Shown here piece after piece: positions 1 through 11,829 of a stretch of 64,000 nt of DNA. Position 1 is the first letter of the stretch; every line of letters starts with the position of its first letter. A model generated the notes under the pieces. The model was not told the origin of the DNA. It worked only from the letters and a program-made list of their open reading frames with translations, and did no database searches. The position numbers and the translations under genes are program-made. This stretch comes from Takakia lepidozioides (Eukaryota > Plantae > Bryophyta): assembly GCA_030704615.1 (NCBI GenBank), contig CM060732.1, positions 63,674,001-63,738,000 on the forward strand. Direction: 5' to 3'.

Positions 1-1696
1 CTTTGATGCGCGCGCATAACTCCCAAACTGGCCGTCGGGCCAACTCGGAGCTTCGGCTGCTCACCGGGACAGAACGGTCCCCCTTTGCTCCTCCACAAAA
101 CCCTTTCTCAATTCGGGCCTAGTGGAAATTCCTTTTGGATGTTGGCAGTCCGGAACAACTCCCCACACCTTGGTCGCTTTCCGGCACGTTTGCTTACTCA
201 CTAGTTTTTGGTCACCAATGGGTTTGCACCGTTCTCGGGGGTTACTACTCCATATACTTCTGTGACTGTCCACGGGGGTTTCACAAACAACACCCTTATT
301 TTATGGCGATCCACCATGAAAACCCTTGATTCTCGGTGATAAGTCGCGATGAGTCTTGGCCCACCCACCATGGCCCCATTGGACCGTGATGAGTCCCAAG
401 ACTCCTCACGACTCCACCACAAGGTCTCCGCCCCATGGTGAGTCATATGTCACCCCCACTAAGACCCACTAAGCTACCACCAATTATTGATGTAACACAT
501 AATGATCATACCATTGATACGATTATTTCTTAATATTACTATATGATTGATGAATTATTTTAAAATATTCATATCAAACAAAATATTTATTAATACTCCA
601 AAATATTAATATCACATCTTCAAATAATGAGAGTATGACATTCTTTAAGTATTGGTAATTTTAAATTGATTATGATTATTAATCAATTCATAACTAATTA
701 TTCTAGTCGGAAGTTACTTATGACTACATTAGTTACCATGAATGAAGGCATGAAATTCAAATTATTCGTATGCAATTTGAATACCAAAATAATGTGGTCA
801 TTGGACGCAATTAGATGATGGTTAGAAACTTCCGTGACGAAAACTAATGATTGTGTGACGACGTTCACACTCCAAATTGGGGGGTTCAGCATATAAGAAT
901 GCCTACAATATGTCATGCAATATAATATTACACAAAATATATATTACATATACGTTACACAATATATATTCGGATTAATACAAATGAGTGAGTGAGTTAC
1001 GGGCGCGGGCCAATTCCAAACTGAAGGAAAAAAAAAAACATTATAAAGTAAGTTTTAATCGGTGGATGACTTACCGCACCTTGAGAATACGTCGAGGCAG
1101 TCAATTGATACCAAGTCTGACCGACCAAGGCCTCGTTGGTGTAATGGTGTGGCCACCGTACTTTCTCCCTATGATAAGGTATAATATACAACAATAACAA
1201 ACATAAGATAAATAAAAATAAAATAAAAAACTCAAACCAAAATACAACACAAAATAACAAGCGAAAAGTGAAGGCTTACTTGAGGAGCTCGAGGAAGAAC
1301 TTGTGTGAGGAACAAATGAGAGCTCCAGATATTTATATCTGGGATGAGCCCTTAAGCAATGATGTACGGATGATGTACGGATGATACCATCTGGATGACC
1401 TTGTGGATGAATTTTTAACAATGTGATATGGATGGTATGACTAGGATGTAGAGTAATAATTATTGATGAGAAAATGTATGACCGTGGATGAGAAGTCATT
1501 ATTACGAAAGCCCTAGGATGGTTGATACTATCATTAAGATCAAATAAGACAAATGAACTTGAGTGCATGACATGTGATTGACTACTGAGATTTTTGTTTC
1601 ACATGAAATTTGAATATGATGCAATCATTGTTTACATGAAGTTTGAATATGACACAATCATTGCGACTTGCACGCTTCGAAAACTGGCTAGAGCCA

Positions 1697-1838
1697 TTCC
1701 CTCATTGTCCATATTGTAAGTGACCGAATTATACCCGATTTTACAAGTCATAAGTTGTAAAAATACAGGCTAAAACCTTTCCCTCATTGTAAGTGACCAA
1801 CTATACCCGATTTTAGAAGTCATAAATCATAAAAATAC
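1697..1838. repeat. Two-copy imperfect tandem duplication (~60-70 bp)
   Basis: ttccctcattg..taagtgacc..tatacccgatttta.aagtcataa...aaaaatac occurs at ~1697 and ~1779. Confidence 0.6.
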
Positions 1839-2636
1839 CTTAAAGATTCTTAAAAAAAGGTATCTTTACACATAACTGATGGGGAAGGATTCCAACTTGG
1901 ATTAAAATGTTGTCCAAAATGCTATTTGTATAACAAAATATCTACAACAAAATGTGTCTAAAAGTTTCTTACATTAGAGTTATCAGATCTGAGTTTCAAC
2001 ATGAGTGGTTAATAAAACGCCATCTCGACTCCGGTTTGCTCTGTAAACTTGTTGTAAGTTAAAACAGGTTGACTCGCAGGGAGTTTCTTTGTGATTTCAC
2101 CCAAATGCTCTCACTCGAGCCCTCTACTCTAGTGAGGCCTCTCGGGTCTCAACTTGTCCAAAATCCTTAAACTCGCGACCAAACTTCCTGAACAAGTAAT
2201 TGGAGGTGTTTTAAAGTTTGGACCCGAGTTGAATACAACAAAAATGCCTAAACATGTGCATCCTAGTTGGACACGAGTTTTGCCTTTAAGTGGGTCAAGT
2301 CGACCTTGGAATTTACGGATAACCCTACTATGCTGGACACCCCTGCAAGGGCAAACCGTGAGAGAATGTAAACTGAAGTATTGCTAACTTAACAATCCAA
2401 AAATTGCAGTGTCCAGTTCGCATTCAATATTGAACTTCTCTACCGTCTTGCCTCACCACTGTTTCTATCTGAAGATATGGACATTGAGAACCACCAAAGT
2501 TTAACCCCCTCATGATGTCTTACCATTTAAGTGTGGTGATGCCATCTTGGTGTGGCTGGTAAAATTGGGGCTAGGCAACCAGACACATTGGAGGCCAATG
2601 AAATGAATCCGTTGATCAGGGAGCGAAAATTTCTGG

Positions 2637-5600
2637 TTATTCGGGGATCATATTCTCACTGTCCACTTCTCCCTCAGCCTCCATCTTTGGTTTGGTGGGG
2701 CCAGACCCTGGAGCTTGCTTTTTCTTGATGCCACTCACAATATCGTCGATTCTAAGAAGCATGCAGGCTGCCTCTATTGCTGTCTTGAATGTCTGTAGCT
2801 TGACTCCATATGAGTCCCACACCTGCTCAGGCGATATTATTGAAGTAAGCTTTCAACTTCAGGACACTTCACAACTTTATGCATCACTGTACCTCATACA
2901 TGGACAAAGTTAGTACAGAGGAACCAAAACTGGTTTTCATTTGCAAAGCAATAACAGAAGCAAAATAATGTGATCAGACTTCCCTCACGTGGCAGCTGGA
3001 ACCTCAAACAATTGAGTGAAGACGAGGAACTTGACGTAAACATGACAAAAGCAAAAATCCAGATCCAGAGTGTAAAAGGCAAAGGGATTATGGAGTAACA
3101 TACTGCAAGCTCTTTCATGTCAGTGAGAACTCCTGTGTTGCCATTAATCCCCACATAAGCATTCTCTCCATTTGCATGCTGCGATAGAAGTCCGTAACCC
3201 TCAATACATCAGTTACCAAGAGACAAGATCCCCAATTAGAAGGCTAGACATTGAGTATCTTCCTTCTCTCTTAGTTCTGTGTAGTGGCAAATACACTAAA
3301 GCTTTGAGCAGTAATGCACCTTATGGACTAGCCAGGGAGCTGCAACTGGAACTCGTTTTTATCTACTCCTTGACCTCGATAAGGTTTATGACAGCTTGTC
3401 CTTATTTCCTCTTTGATAACTGATTGTCAGCAAACCTGGCAGAGCTTAGAATGGTCTGAAGATATTGAACCTTTTCTTTCTAATGGAAGAGCTTAAGAGT
3501 TCAAGCAGAAAAGAGGCATTGTAGGCTTCAGTAATATCACAGGATGGTTTGGCTTCCCATCACAACAGTCCTATGGTTATTTCAAACCTCCACTAAAGAT
3601 ATATTTTGCAAGGTTGACGACCAGGAAGCTAGGTCTGCTGGAGAAATAATAGTTTTACATCTTGTCTGTTGCACATGTGATGATAACTGCTCCTTGTGTC
3701 TATTTACTGCCAGTCTGTTGGTTGCTCCAGAAAAATCGATTCAACGATCATCAAGGTAAATTGCAAAGGGGTAAACCTGCGCTTGAAGGGCAGTCATGGT
3801 GCGGATGACATTCACACCACAGTTCTGAGCGAGTGTCCGTGGGATGACTTCCAATGCTTGCACCACCGCACGATATGGCCACTGCCATCAATTCAAAGTG
3901 ACATCAGAGCAGATCCTTTTCATTTGCTTCAGTGTCCCACAACATCCTTGTCAACATGAAACAAAGCTGGAGAAAGACAAACAGTTCACTGCAGCAAATA
4001 GAAAGTTTCTGTAATATTACTATAGGCAAACCCTTGGGGTCTTCCCCACACTAGAAGATGTTCACTAGCACAAAAAGTGCATCATCTACCTGATACTACC
4101 TTGCCAAGCAAAGTAAGCAAATATCTCTGTTTGAGCCTATAAAACTTAACCCACATTTGAAAGATAACGAAAGATGTAATGAGCAAGCCAAGATCCAAGG
4201 TAAAGCACTTCTACAAAGATGGAACAAAAGGCACAAAAAAAGGAAACATTGGAGAATAGAAAAATGTTCAAGTAAATTCAACAGAAGAGGAAACAACATA
4301 AAGAGGAGGAGAATAAACAAGAAAGTTGTCCAAGAACTAAGAGCGTCACTACAAGCCCAAGCAACCACATCTTGGATAACAGTGACCAGCTGTTATGACT
4401 CCACACTGCCATCATCAGTTCCCAACAGAGAGCAGTAAACAGCTTAAAGAAGATCTCTCAGGATAATGCTGTCAAAGACCTGCAAGAAAAGTCAACTTTC
4501 TGACTGCCAATATCCTTGACATCCAACAGAGGCACAACGTCAACAATACCTGCTCAACACCTTCGATTGAGGAGCTCTTTTGCTTCAAGAGAGCTCCCAC
4601 GGCCATTTCTGCTGCACCACCACCTGGAACCAATTTTGCATCTTTGATAACATTCCGTGAAACGCCCATTGCATCCTGGATTCAATCCCACCATATCAAC
4701 TGATTTTCATCTGTCCCCGAAGTCTGATTCACATTGAGAAGGCTATCGGATGAAAATTCTGGCCGGGGAAGTTCACCAGGGGAAGTTTGAGGAGAGGGAA
4801 GCAGACATCAAAGACACTCCACAACTACCCTCAATGATGCAGTGTGAAGCAAATCAGTACTACTTGAGAAATATTGGCGAAATTAATAGCAAAACCTGGG
4901 ATTTCAAACACGAATAGTAGGGACTGATGAGACAACCGACCTGCAAGTTACGCTCGACCTCATTCAAGAGGTCCTTGCTAGCACCACGTAAAAGCACCGT
5001 GCAAGCCTTGGGATCCTCACATTCAATCAAAAAAGTGAAGTACTCATCCCCTATTTTTTTAACTTCAAACAAGCCAGCTCCTGTTCCAATGTCACTCTCC
5101 TGAAGCTCCTCGGGCCTGTTCACAATCGTAGCTCCACATGCACGGGCAATTCGATTATTGTCTGTCTTCCGCAATCTACGTATTGCACTGATGCCTGCCT
5201 TGCTTAGATAGTGGGCAGCCAAGTCGCTTAGTCCCTTTTCAGTGATCACCAAGTCAGGCTTGAAGCTGATAATATTATTGCACAGCTGCTCAATGTATTC
5301 CTCCTCCATCCGTAACAAGGTAGCCCTGCGCCCATCTGTCCATTGTCAAAGAGTTGCACAAGTTGGCCTCCTGTTTGGCATAACCTTAAGTTTGCAGTAG
5401 GTAACTTAGCAAGATTAACATATTGAAGTTGCAACTTGTGGTTTTGCCTACCTCTTACAGATTTCAACAGATAGGCCAGTGGATATCATACTCTGCCACA
5501 CATTAGAAGATTCTGGTTAACCAGAACCAGTCAGAAGGGAGCTCCAGACGACCATGGTCTATGCCATAGTCTTTTATCTTCCAGCCCTGATCCTAGGCAC

Positions 5601-8587
5601 AGGAGAGCGCCTGGAGGGCTCTGTCAATGTTGTCTAGGGAGCTATCTTCTCATCTCCTCCAGTGTATACAGAATTACCTGCAGACTTCAGTCTGGTGAAC
5701 TGAATCTATTTAGAACTCTCAGCACAGACATGAAAGTCAGGCAAGAGTTTCCCTTTAGAATAGGGTACCCTTACCAGTCATCTTCTTTCATAAGCTCAGC
5801 ATTTGTCATATTCTCGCCCTTCTTGTACTCCAATGGTGAATCCAGTAAAATGATACGGGGGTTTACTATGCGCCGTTGCATTTTTCCAGGGGACACCACG
5901 TCTTTGTTAAACATGACCCCCTTCAGCACTTTGGAATCCTCCAGTGTCCCGCCTGGAAGCTTCTCCACCTTGATATATTTCTTAATGTCTACCTCTCGCA
6001 GTCCATTTCCTGCATCAACTGATATTGTGGAGACTGCATCAATGGCAAGGTCCTGCATCCAATCAGTCCAGAAACTTAGTTGTACTATTGAATAAAATGC
6101 ACCTGGCCTTTTGGCCACAACGTTCTAATAGGAAAATAGCTGCGTGCAAGAAACTTTACTGTTGAATGGCACTTTGGGCGCACTCTGCGTCTACAAGCAA
6201 ATCTCTCTCTAGTCAAGATGAACACTTACAATCTGAGCAGAAACTTACAGCAATGAGTGTACCGAACCGGCTTGTAAATTTCGTGCCAATGCAACTCCTC
6301 ACAATATTTAGCAGCATCTGGCCTGCCCCAAAATGCAAAACCATCTGTCAAATTGACTAACCCTCTTCACCTCTCTATCACGCCCTCTGCGATGTTCTAA
6401 CTACCTCTGTGCATGTGTGTGCTGCACTGTCTCTACTTTTCGGTCTCGCTTGGATGTTTGATGGCTCTAATTAAAGCCCGCACACTGCAAAGACATAAGA
6501 TGTGAGAACCCTTGAAGATGGCCCAACTCCGAGCCCACCTAACAAGTAAGCATACAGTACAAAATCTTTTCGCTTCACATAGGGAATCCCTTGCAGCAGA
6601 TTTCAACCAATGACAAACACAAACACATAGACTACTTACGGTCATTGACATTGATTGGAAATGCAATTTCATCCAATGCCACAATCGCATCCTCCAGAGC
6701 CTTTGTGTAGGCTGCAAGAAACAAAATGGTCAGCTCAAGGAAGCTTTTCACATCTCTCAGTTTGCTGACAAGCAGACAAAAACGCCATGTAAACAACAAA
6801 TCAAACTGGAAACTGGATGGTTTGTTTGAACCCTAATAGATAACAGGCTTGAGTGACAAGTACTACTACATCCACATACACCTCTCAGTAACTCCCTATC
6901 CAGCCTCATTTCCTTATAGCCAATGGAGGAGACATCGTCACTCAACTGCTAAACCCTACTATCAAAATTTCCTACAACTGCAGTATGCATGCCAAAGGAC
7001 AGAGAGAGGTAACATACCTCGACATATAACAGTTGGATGGAAACCTTGATCAAGGAAGTTTTCCGCAACATAGAGCAGTTCACCCGCTGCACAGGTTAAA
7101 CACATGTTACTAGTCTTGTCCATAAGCACCTCGTGCAGAGAAAACCTTGCACTTGAGCCTACTGCTCCCAAAACAAGCCTGAATAGAGCTTCCCACCAAG
7201 ACAATTGAAAGGTAAATGGGTCGCTCTTGCTGAGAAAACTTGCATAGTTGAAACCAAAACTCCATCGAGGCTTAGAACCTGACCAAGGATTATAACTGAA
7301 GTTGTTCCATCTCCAACCTCCTCATCCTGTGTGCGGCTGAGCTCAATCATTGACTGCAGCACATCCCCACACACCCTAACACTCAGCCATGTATTCACAA
7401 AGGAAAAATCCATCGTCAAACAGTTTGAGGAAGCCCTATACACAGATACAGACATCTACACAGCATGATTTAGTTAACAGCATTTTAAAGTGCAATCAGA
7501 AGAGAAACCTTTGCTGCAGGATGCGCCACATCAAGCTCTCTGAGGATTGCATTCCCGTCATTTGTTAACACTATCCCTGTGAAAAAAGAAGCACACAAGG
7601 TCGTCACACAATCTTACTCCAATGATTATGTGAACCTGTAAAGTGGACACAGTCACATGTTAAGTACAAAGACAAAAGGAGAGAGTCACACTATCTGCCC
7701 TCATCCCACAGGAGCCCAGAGAGCTTGACCCAGTCATATCGGCATCAATCCTGCTATTAAAAACGAAAAAGGAAGATAAATAAGTAGTATCACGAGAAGT
7801 GGTCAAGCTGCAGGCGTGAATTCAGTACCTCCACTAGCATCGAGAAGCATCTTCAGCATGGATCTGGGACCCAGAGTAGTTCGAACGATGTCTGCAACAG
7901 CCTGCATGCATTGAGCTGAGCCACTTTGCCGCTTTCCAATCAAGTCTACTTCGACCCGAACGGGATTCCGCATAGGCCCCATGAATAGGGAAAGATCACA
8001 ACGTTTGGATCCGTGATGATATGATTAACACGAGAGAGAGAGAGAGAGGGAGAGAGAGAGAGGGTGTGTGTGTGTGTAATGTATGTTACATAGCAAGGAG
8101 TAGTGGCCAGCTCCCACCCTCTCTTTAACATTGCTGCCACGGGAGGGGATGCCCCACCGTCAGCACTATGTCCCAGACCAAGGGTTGTGGAGTACGAAAG
8201 CTAAGTAGGAACATACGAGATCAGCGCCACAGGCAAGGGAGCTCACGTCCAAACTTATCAATACAAAGGTCTGTACCAAATTGACCGTAAAGACGACTCC
8301 AGAATGATTACAATGTGATGAAATGAAGGGAGAGAAAAGCCACTAACCTTGGATGCCTGGATGTTGGCATAATGGACTCTATTTCCTGTCTCCCTCTTTG
8401 TCGCATCGTCTGTTTCAAAAATACACAAAAATACAGATCATGTAACGAACCACATTACCAACAGAGAGCTACAAAAAACTCAATTTCCAGCTACTGTCTC
8501 ACAAATCATCCCATGAATGATCCTAGTGCGCTTCAAACACTGCAAGATGCGATGGCTCGTACTCAGAACCAGGACCGGCGCCTGCAT
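2637..8587 (-). CDS. CCT3: T-complex protein 1 subunit gamma (CCT3), 14 coding exons
   Basis: GT-AG exons read by hand: 8563-8587, 8348-8409, 7829-7901, 7509-7576, 7284-7353, 7018-7086, 6640-6711, 6249-6322, 5775-6052, 4941-5325, 4550-4675, 3777-3881, 3104-3178, 2637-2822. They give MQAPVLVL..., RTTLGPRSMLKML, TNDGNAILRE, QDEEVGDGTTSV, GGGAAEM and LLRIDDIVSG, all CCT-gamma signatures. Confidence 0.97.
8032..8076. repeat. (GA)n-(GT)n compound microsatellite in CCT3 intron 2
   Basis: Directly visible in the sequence. Confidence 0.85.
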
Positions 8588-8718
8588 GATGCCGAAATCA
8601 GGCGAAATCTCCCACTCGCAATTTTAAGCCAGAAATCCTTCTCTGTCTACCTGAAATCTCTGGTTTTCTGGAGATCTAGCTCAGCCTTCTTTCTTTCTTC
8701 TCTCTGTTGTGTTCTGAG

Positions 8719-8767
8719 ATTAGGGTTGAAGGTGGCTTCCCGCCTTGCGAGCACCGGGGCGGCCCAT
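8719..8767 (-). promoter_or_regulatory. CCT3 proximal promoter: telo-box plus site II element
   Basis: AACCCTAAT (8719-8727, -) and TGGGCC (8761-8766, -) lie 130-180 bp upstream of the ATG. This pairing is typical of plant growth and translation genes. Confidence 0.55.
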
Positions 8768-8823
8768 ACCCGGTTTCTATTACGGCGACCCGACCCATTT
8801 TGGATGATCTGCATCCTGTACTT

Positions 8824-9175
8824 TCGTTAATCGTTACGAGCTGTAGATGACTGACAACTCTATCCACTGAGTCATCCATCGGGAAAAAGCCCTAGAACTT
8901 TGGATGAACATGGAGATGATGTTTTGTGGATGGAGTACTCACCAAGGACCTGGGGTGGATGAATGAATATAGTGGATGAACGAATGACACTTCTGTAATC
9001 TCGTTAATCGTTACGACCTGTAGATGACTGACAACTCTATCGACTGAGTCATCCATCGGGAAAAAGCCCTAGAAATTTGGATGAACATGGAGATGATGTT
9101 TTGTGGATGGAGTACTCACCAAGGACCTGGGGTGGATGAATGAATATAGTGAATGAACGAATGACACTACTGTAA
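8824..9175. repeat. 177-bp near-perfect tandem duplication between CCT3 and MIC60
   Basis: tcgttaatcgttacga...gaatgacac.ctgtaa starts at 8824 and 9001 with only a few mismatches. Confidence 0.92.
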
Positions 9176-10129
9176 GAGAGCAGGGCAGCTATGGCGACGG
9201 AGGTCCTTGTGATGACAATGCCCTCACAGCCAAAGGAGCTCCTTCTCTGTGTTGCAATTTGACACTGATTTCATTGAAGTGTCTGAGCTTGCTTTGGCTG
9301 GATCCCATGAATGATATTGGAGGCTTTTTTCATGAGGAGAATTGAAGGTGCAGATCATAGGTGGTCCTGCGCAGGACTCGGAGCCTTGGGAGTTGTTGGC
9401 ACAGTTTTCCAGGACTCGTGGACCTCTTTCTGTCCCCGTATGTCACTCTGACACTCCTCCCCCTTCTGTACGCAATTGTGTTTCCAGCTAGAGAGGTCAG
9501 TTCAACCGAGGGTACAGCGAATCTCTAAAATTGAATACTGGTTGTGCATTTGACAACTTGGCAACAGCTGAATCAAGGTGTTGAAGAAGGGCCGAGGGAG
9601 AGATGTGGAAGGGATTGGGGACGAGAGGATGGATGCTGGAGACTTCTGCATCACAGATTTTCCAATCCGGGGACGAATCTATGTGGCAGGAATGTGGATG
9701 TTTGCATCCGCCTCATCGCCACACAGTATGGCGTGTGCAGAGAGTCTCATTGTATAGATGGAATTGCATTATAATTGCAATCACTAATCTTTATGTTGCA
9801 TAAGCAGGTAATAGTTCGCTGTGGTTAGGCTCGTAGAGGCTGAGCCCTGAGAGAATTTAACGCATCCTTGCACGTTCATCGGGGTAATCTGCCTCGGTAA
9901 ATAGTTTGTGATTTTCTCTACCGTGTATATAATTGCGGTGGATTAGATTACAGGGGGAGCTATGTGTACTGATGAAGTAGTAACTATCACATTAATGTCA
10001 TTCACTGAAATATGATGCATTAGTAGCGCAGTGAATGAAAATCTCCGAAAGTTTGATGCTTCATCTGGCCTAAATTGATGTTAGACCCTTGGATTGGTTA
10101 GAGATCTGTGTTGTGGAGCTTACTCACTC

Positions 10130-11260
10130 CAGTAGTGAGTCTTACCTTTGATAAACAATTGATTCAGGCTTTCCACAAGCTTCAATCTGCTGTGTGTGAG
10201 CTGCCCAGAAATAGACCCCAAAGGTCAGGGCTTTAGGCTCAGCCTCAAGATTTTGGAAGTTGGTGAACAGAGGTGCAGGGACTATGTTCTTGATGGTCCT
10301 GAAGAGGATTGCTCTCTGATGAGAATAGCCCGGACGTCGTATGAGAAAATGGTGGGACTTAACTCTGATATGAAACAATCTATTTGGGCTTTCCAGATTT
10401 CCTCTAGAAAGCCCTTTATACAAGTATCAATCTGCTGTGTATGATCTGCTCAACCTTTAGACCCTAACAGGGCCAGGGCTTTAGGCTCAGCCTCAAGATT
10501 TGAAACTTGGTGAACATAGGTGGAGGAACATAGTCTTGCTGTTCCTGAAGAGGAGGTCGCTCTCTGATGAGTATACCCAGAAAATTAGAATCTGGATATG
10601 GTAGAGAGAGAGAATGTACTTTAAAGACTTTGTTTGGCGGAGCCTTGTGGCCATAGACCCCGAGCCCAGTTTGGACGGGAACAGAGCGAGTAGGCACTAC
10701 CTTTGTGAGGGGCTCACTCCAGTAGTGTGACTTACCTTGATATCCTCTAGGAAGCCCTTCACACAAGCATCACTCTGCTGTGTGTGAGCAGCCCAAAGAT
10801 TAGACCCCAACAGGGCCAGGGCTTTAGATTGTACTCATAAGACGTTGTTTGCCGTAGCCTTGTGGCCATTGACCCCGCGCCCAGTTTGAGTGGGAACAAA
10901 AGGGACAGAACCTACCTCTGTCAGGGGCTGACGTTGGTAGTAAGACTTACCTTCATATATAGAATTAATCCGGGTTTCCAGATATCCTCTAGAAATCCCT
11001 TCACACAAGCATCAATCTGCTGTGTGTGATTTGCCCAAAAACTAGGCCTCAGAAGGGCCTGGGCTTTTGGCTCAGCCTCGAGACTTTCAAAGTTGGTAAA
11101 CAGGGGTACAGGGACAATTCCCTTGATAGATTTGAAGAGAGCGTCTCTTTGGTGAGAGAACCCCGGACAGTGTATCAGAAAATGAATACTGTCTTCAGAT
11201 TGCCCACACAACGGGCAATTGCACTCTCCCTTTCCTCTCCGCTTCTGTTTGCTGTTCAAA
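10130..11260 (-). mobile_element. Stack of ~4 truncated 3' ends of a non-LTR retrotransposon with a CCHC knuckle
   Basis: ORF remnant CPLCGQSEDSIHFLIHCPGFSHQRDALFKSI...VPLFTNFESLEAEPKAQALL...HTQQIDACVKGFLEDIWK is repeated. The same family occurs at 31982 and 57924. Confidence 0.75.
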
Positions 11261-11829
11261 GTTAGGCCAGGGCTTTAGAGAGAGATAGAGAGAAGGGGAG
11301 GGGGTTGAGAGCTTTGGGTTAGTCCTGTGCAAAAAGCATGCTCATTTCACATTTTGATGGAGGACAATTGTGCAGAATTTAGATCAAGCATGCAACGCGT
11401 GTGATTGAGCTCTCCATCTACCTCAGTTCCATCTCAGAAACAGTACATACAGTCTGTGGCTCTCATGGTCTATTTTTATGTGATTGGAACAGGGGTGACT
11501 GCAGATGGAGACTCGGATGAGGCTTAGTAACCCTGGAAGTTATATCATGCTTCACTAAGCATGGATGAGGAACGCAGTTAGCAATAAATGGGAGCGACGG
11601 CCAAGAATTTTGATCGGGCGGAATGTCTGTGGGGTTGTCCTTTGTCTATGACATGCAGCCTGAAGAAGTAACTTGAATGAGTGGTTCTTAACAGGTGTAA
11701 GGGACTACTGAATTTAAACCCATTCAAGGTGGAGGATGGGAGAAACTTACAGAAAGCCTGACAGGTATTGATACCTGATGCCAAGACAGAAAAACCAGGA
11801 AGGGAAAAGGGGTGTTGTACGACGCAACC

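Noticed and set aside
1129-1170. tRNA gene (ggcctcgttggtgtaatggt resembles a tRNA 5' end)
   Set aside because: No B-box/T-loop or cloverleaf follows.
1-1700. Genes in the short ORFs at the window start
   Set aside because: No recognisable motifs or splice-consistent structure; probably TE-derived intergenic DNA that I cannot classify.
9793-9807. Alternative MIC60 first exon (ATG TTG CAT AAG CAG|gt)
   Set aside because: Phase-compatible but very short. The 11830 exon looks more like a presequence; unresolved without cDNA.
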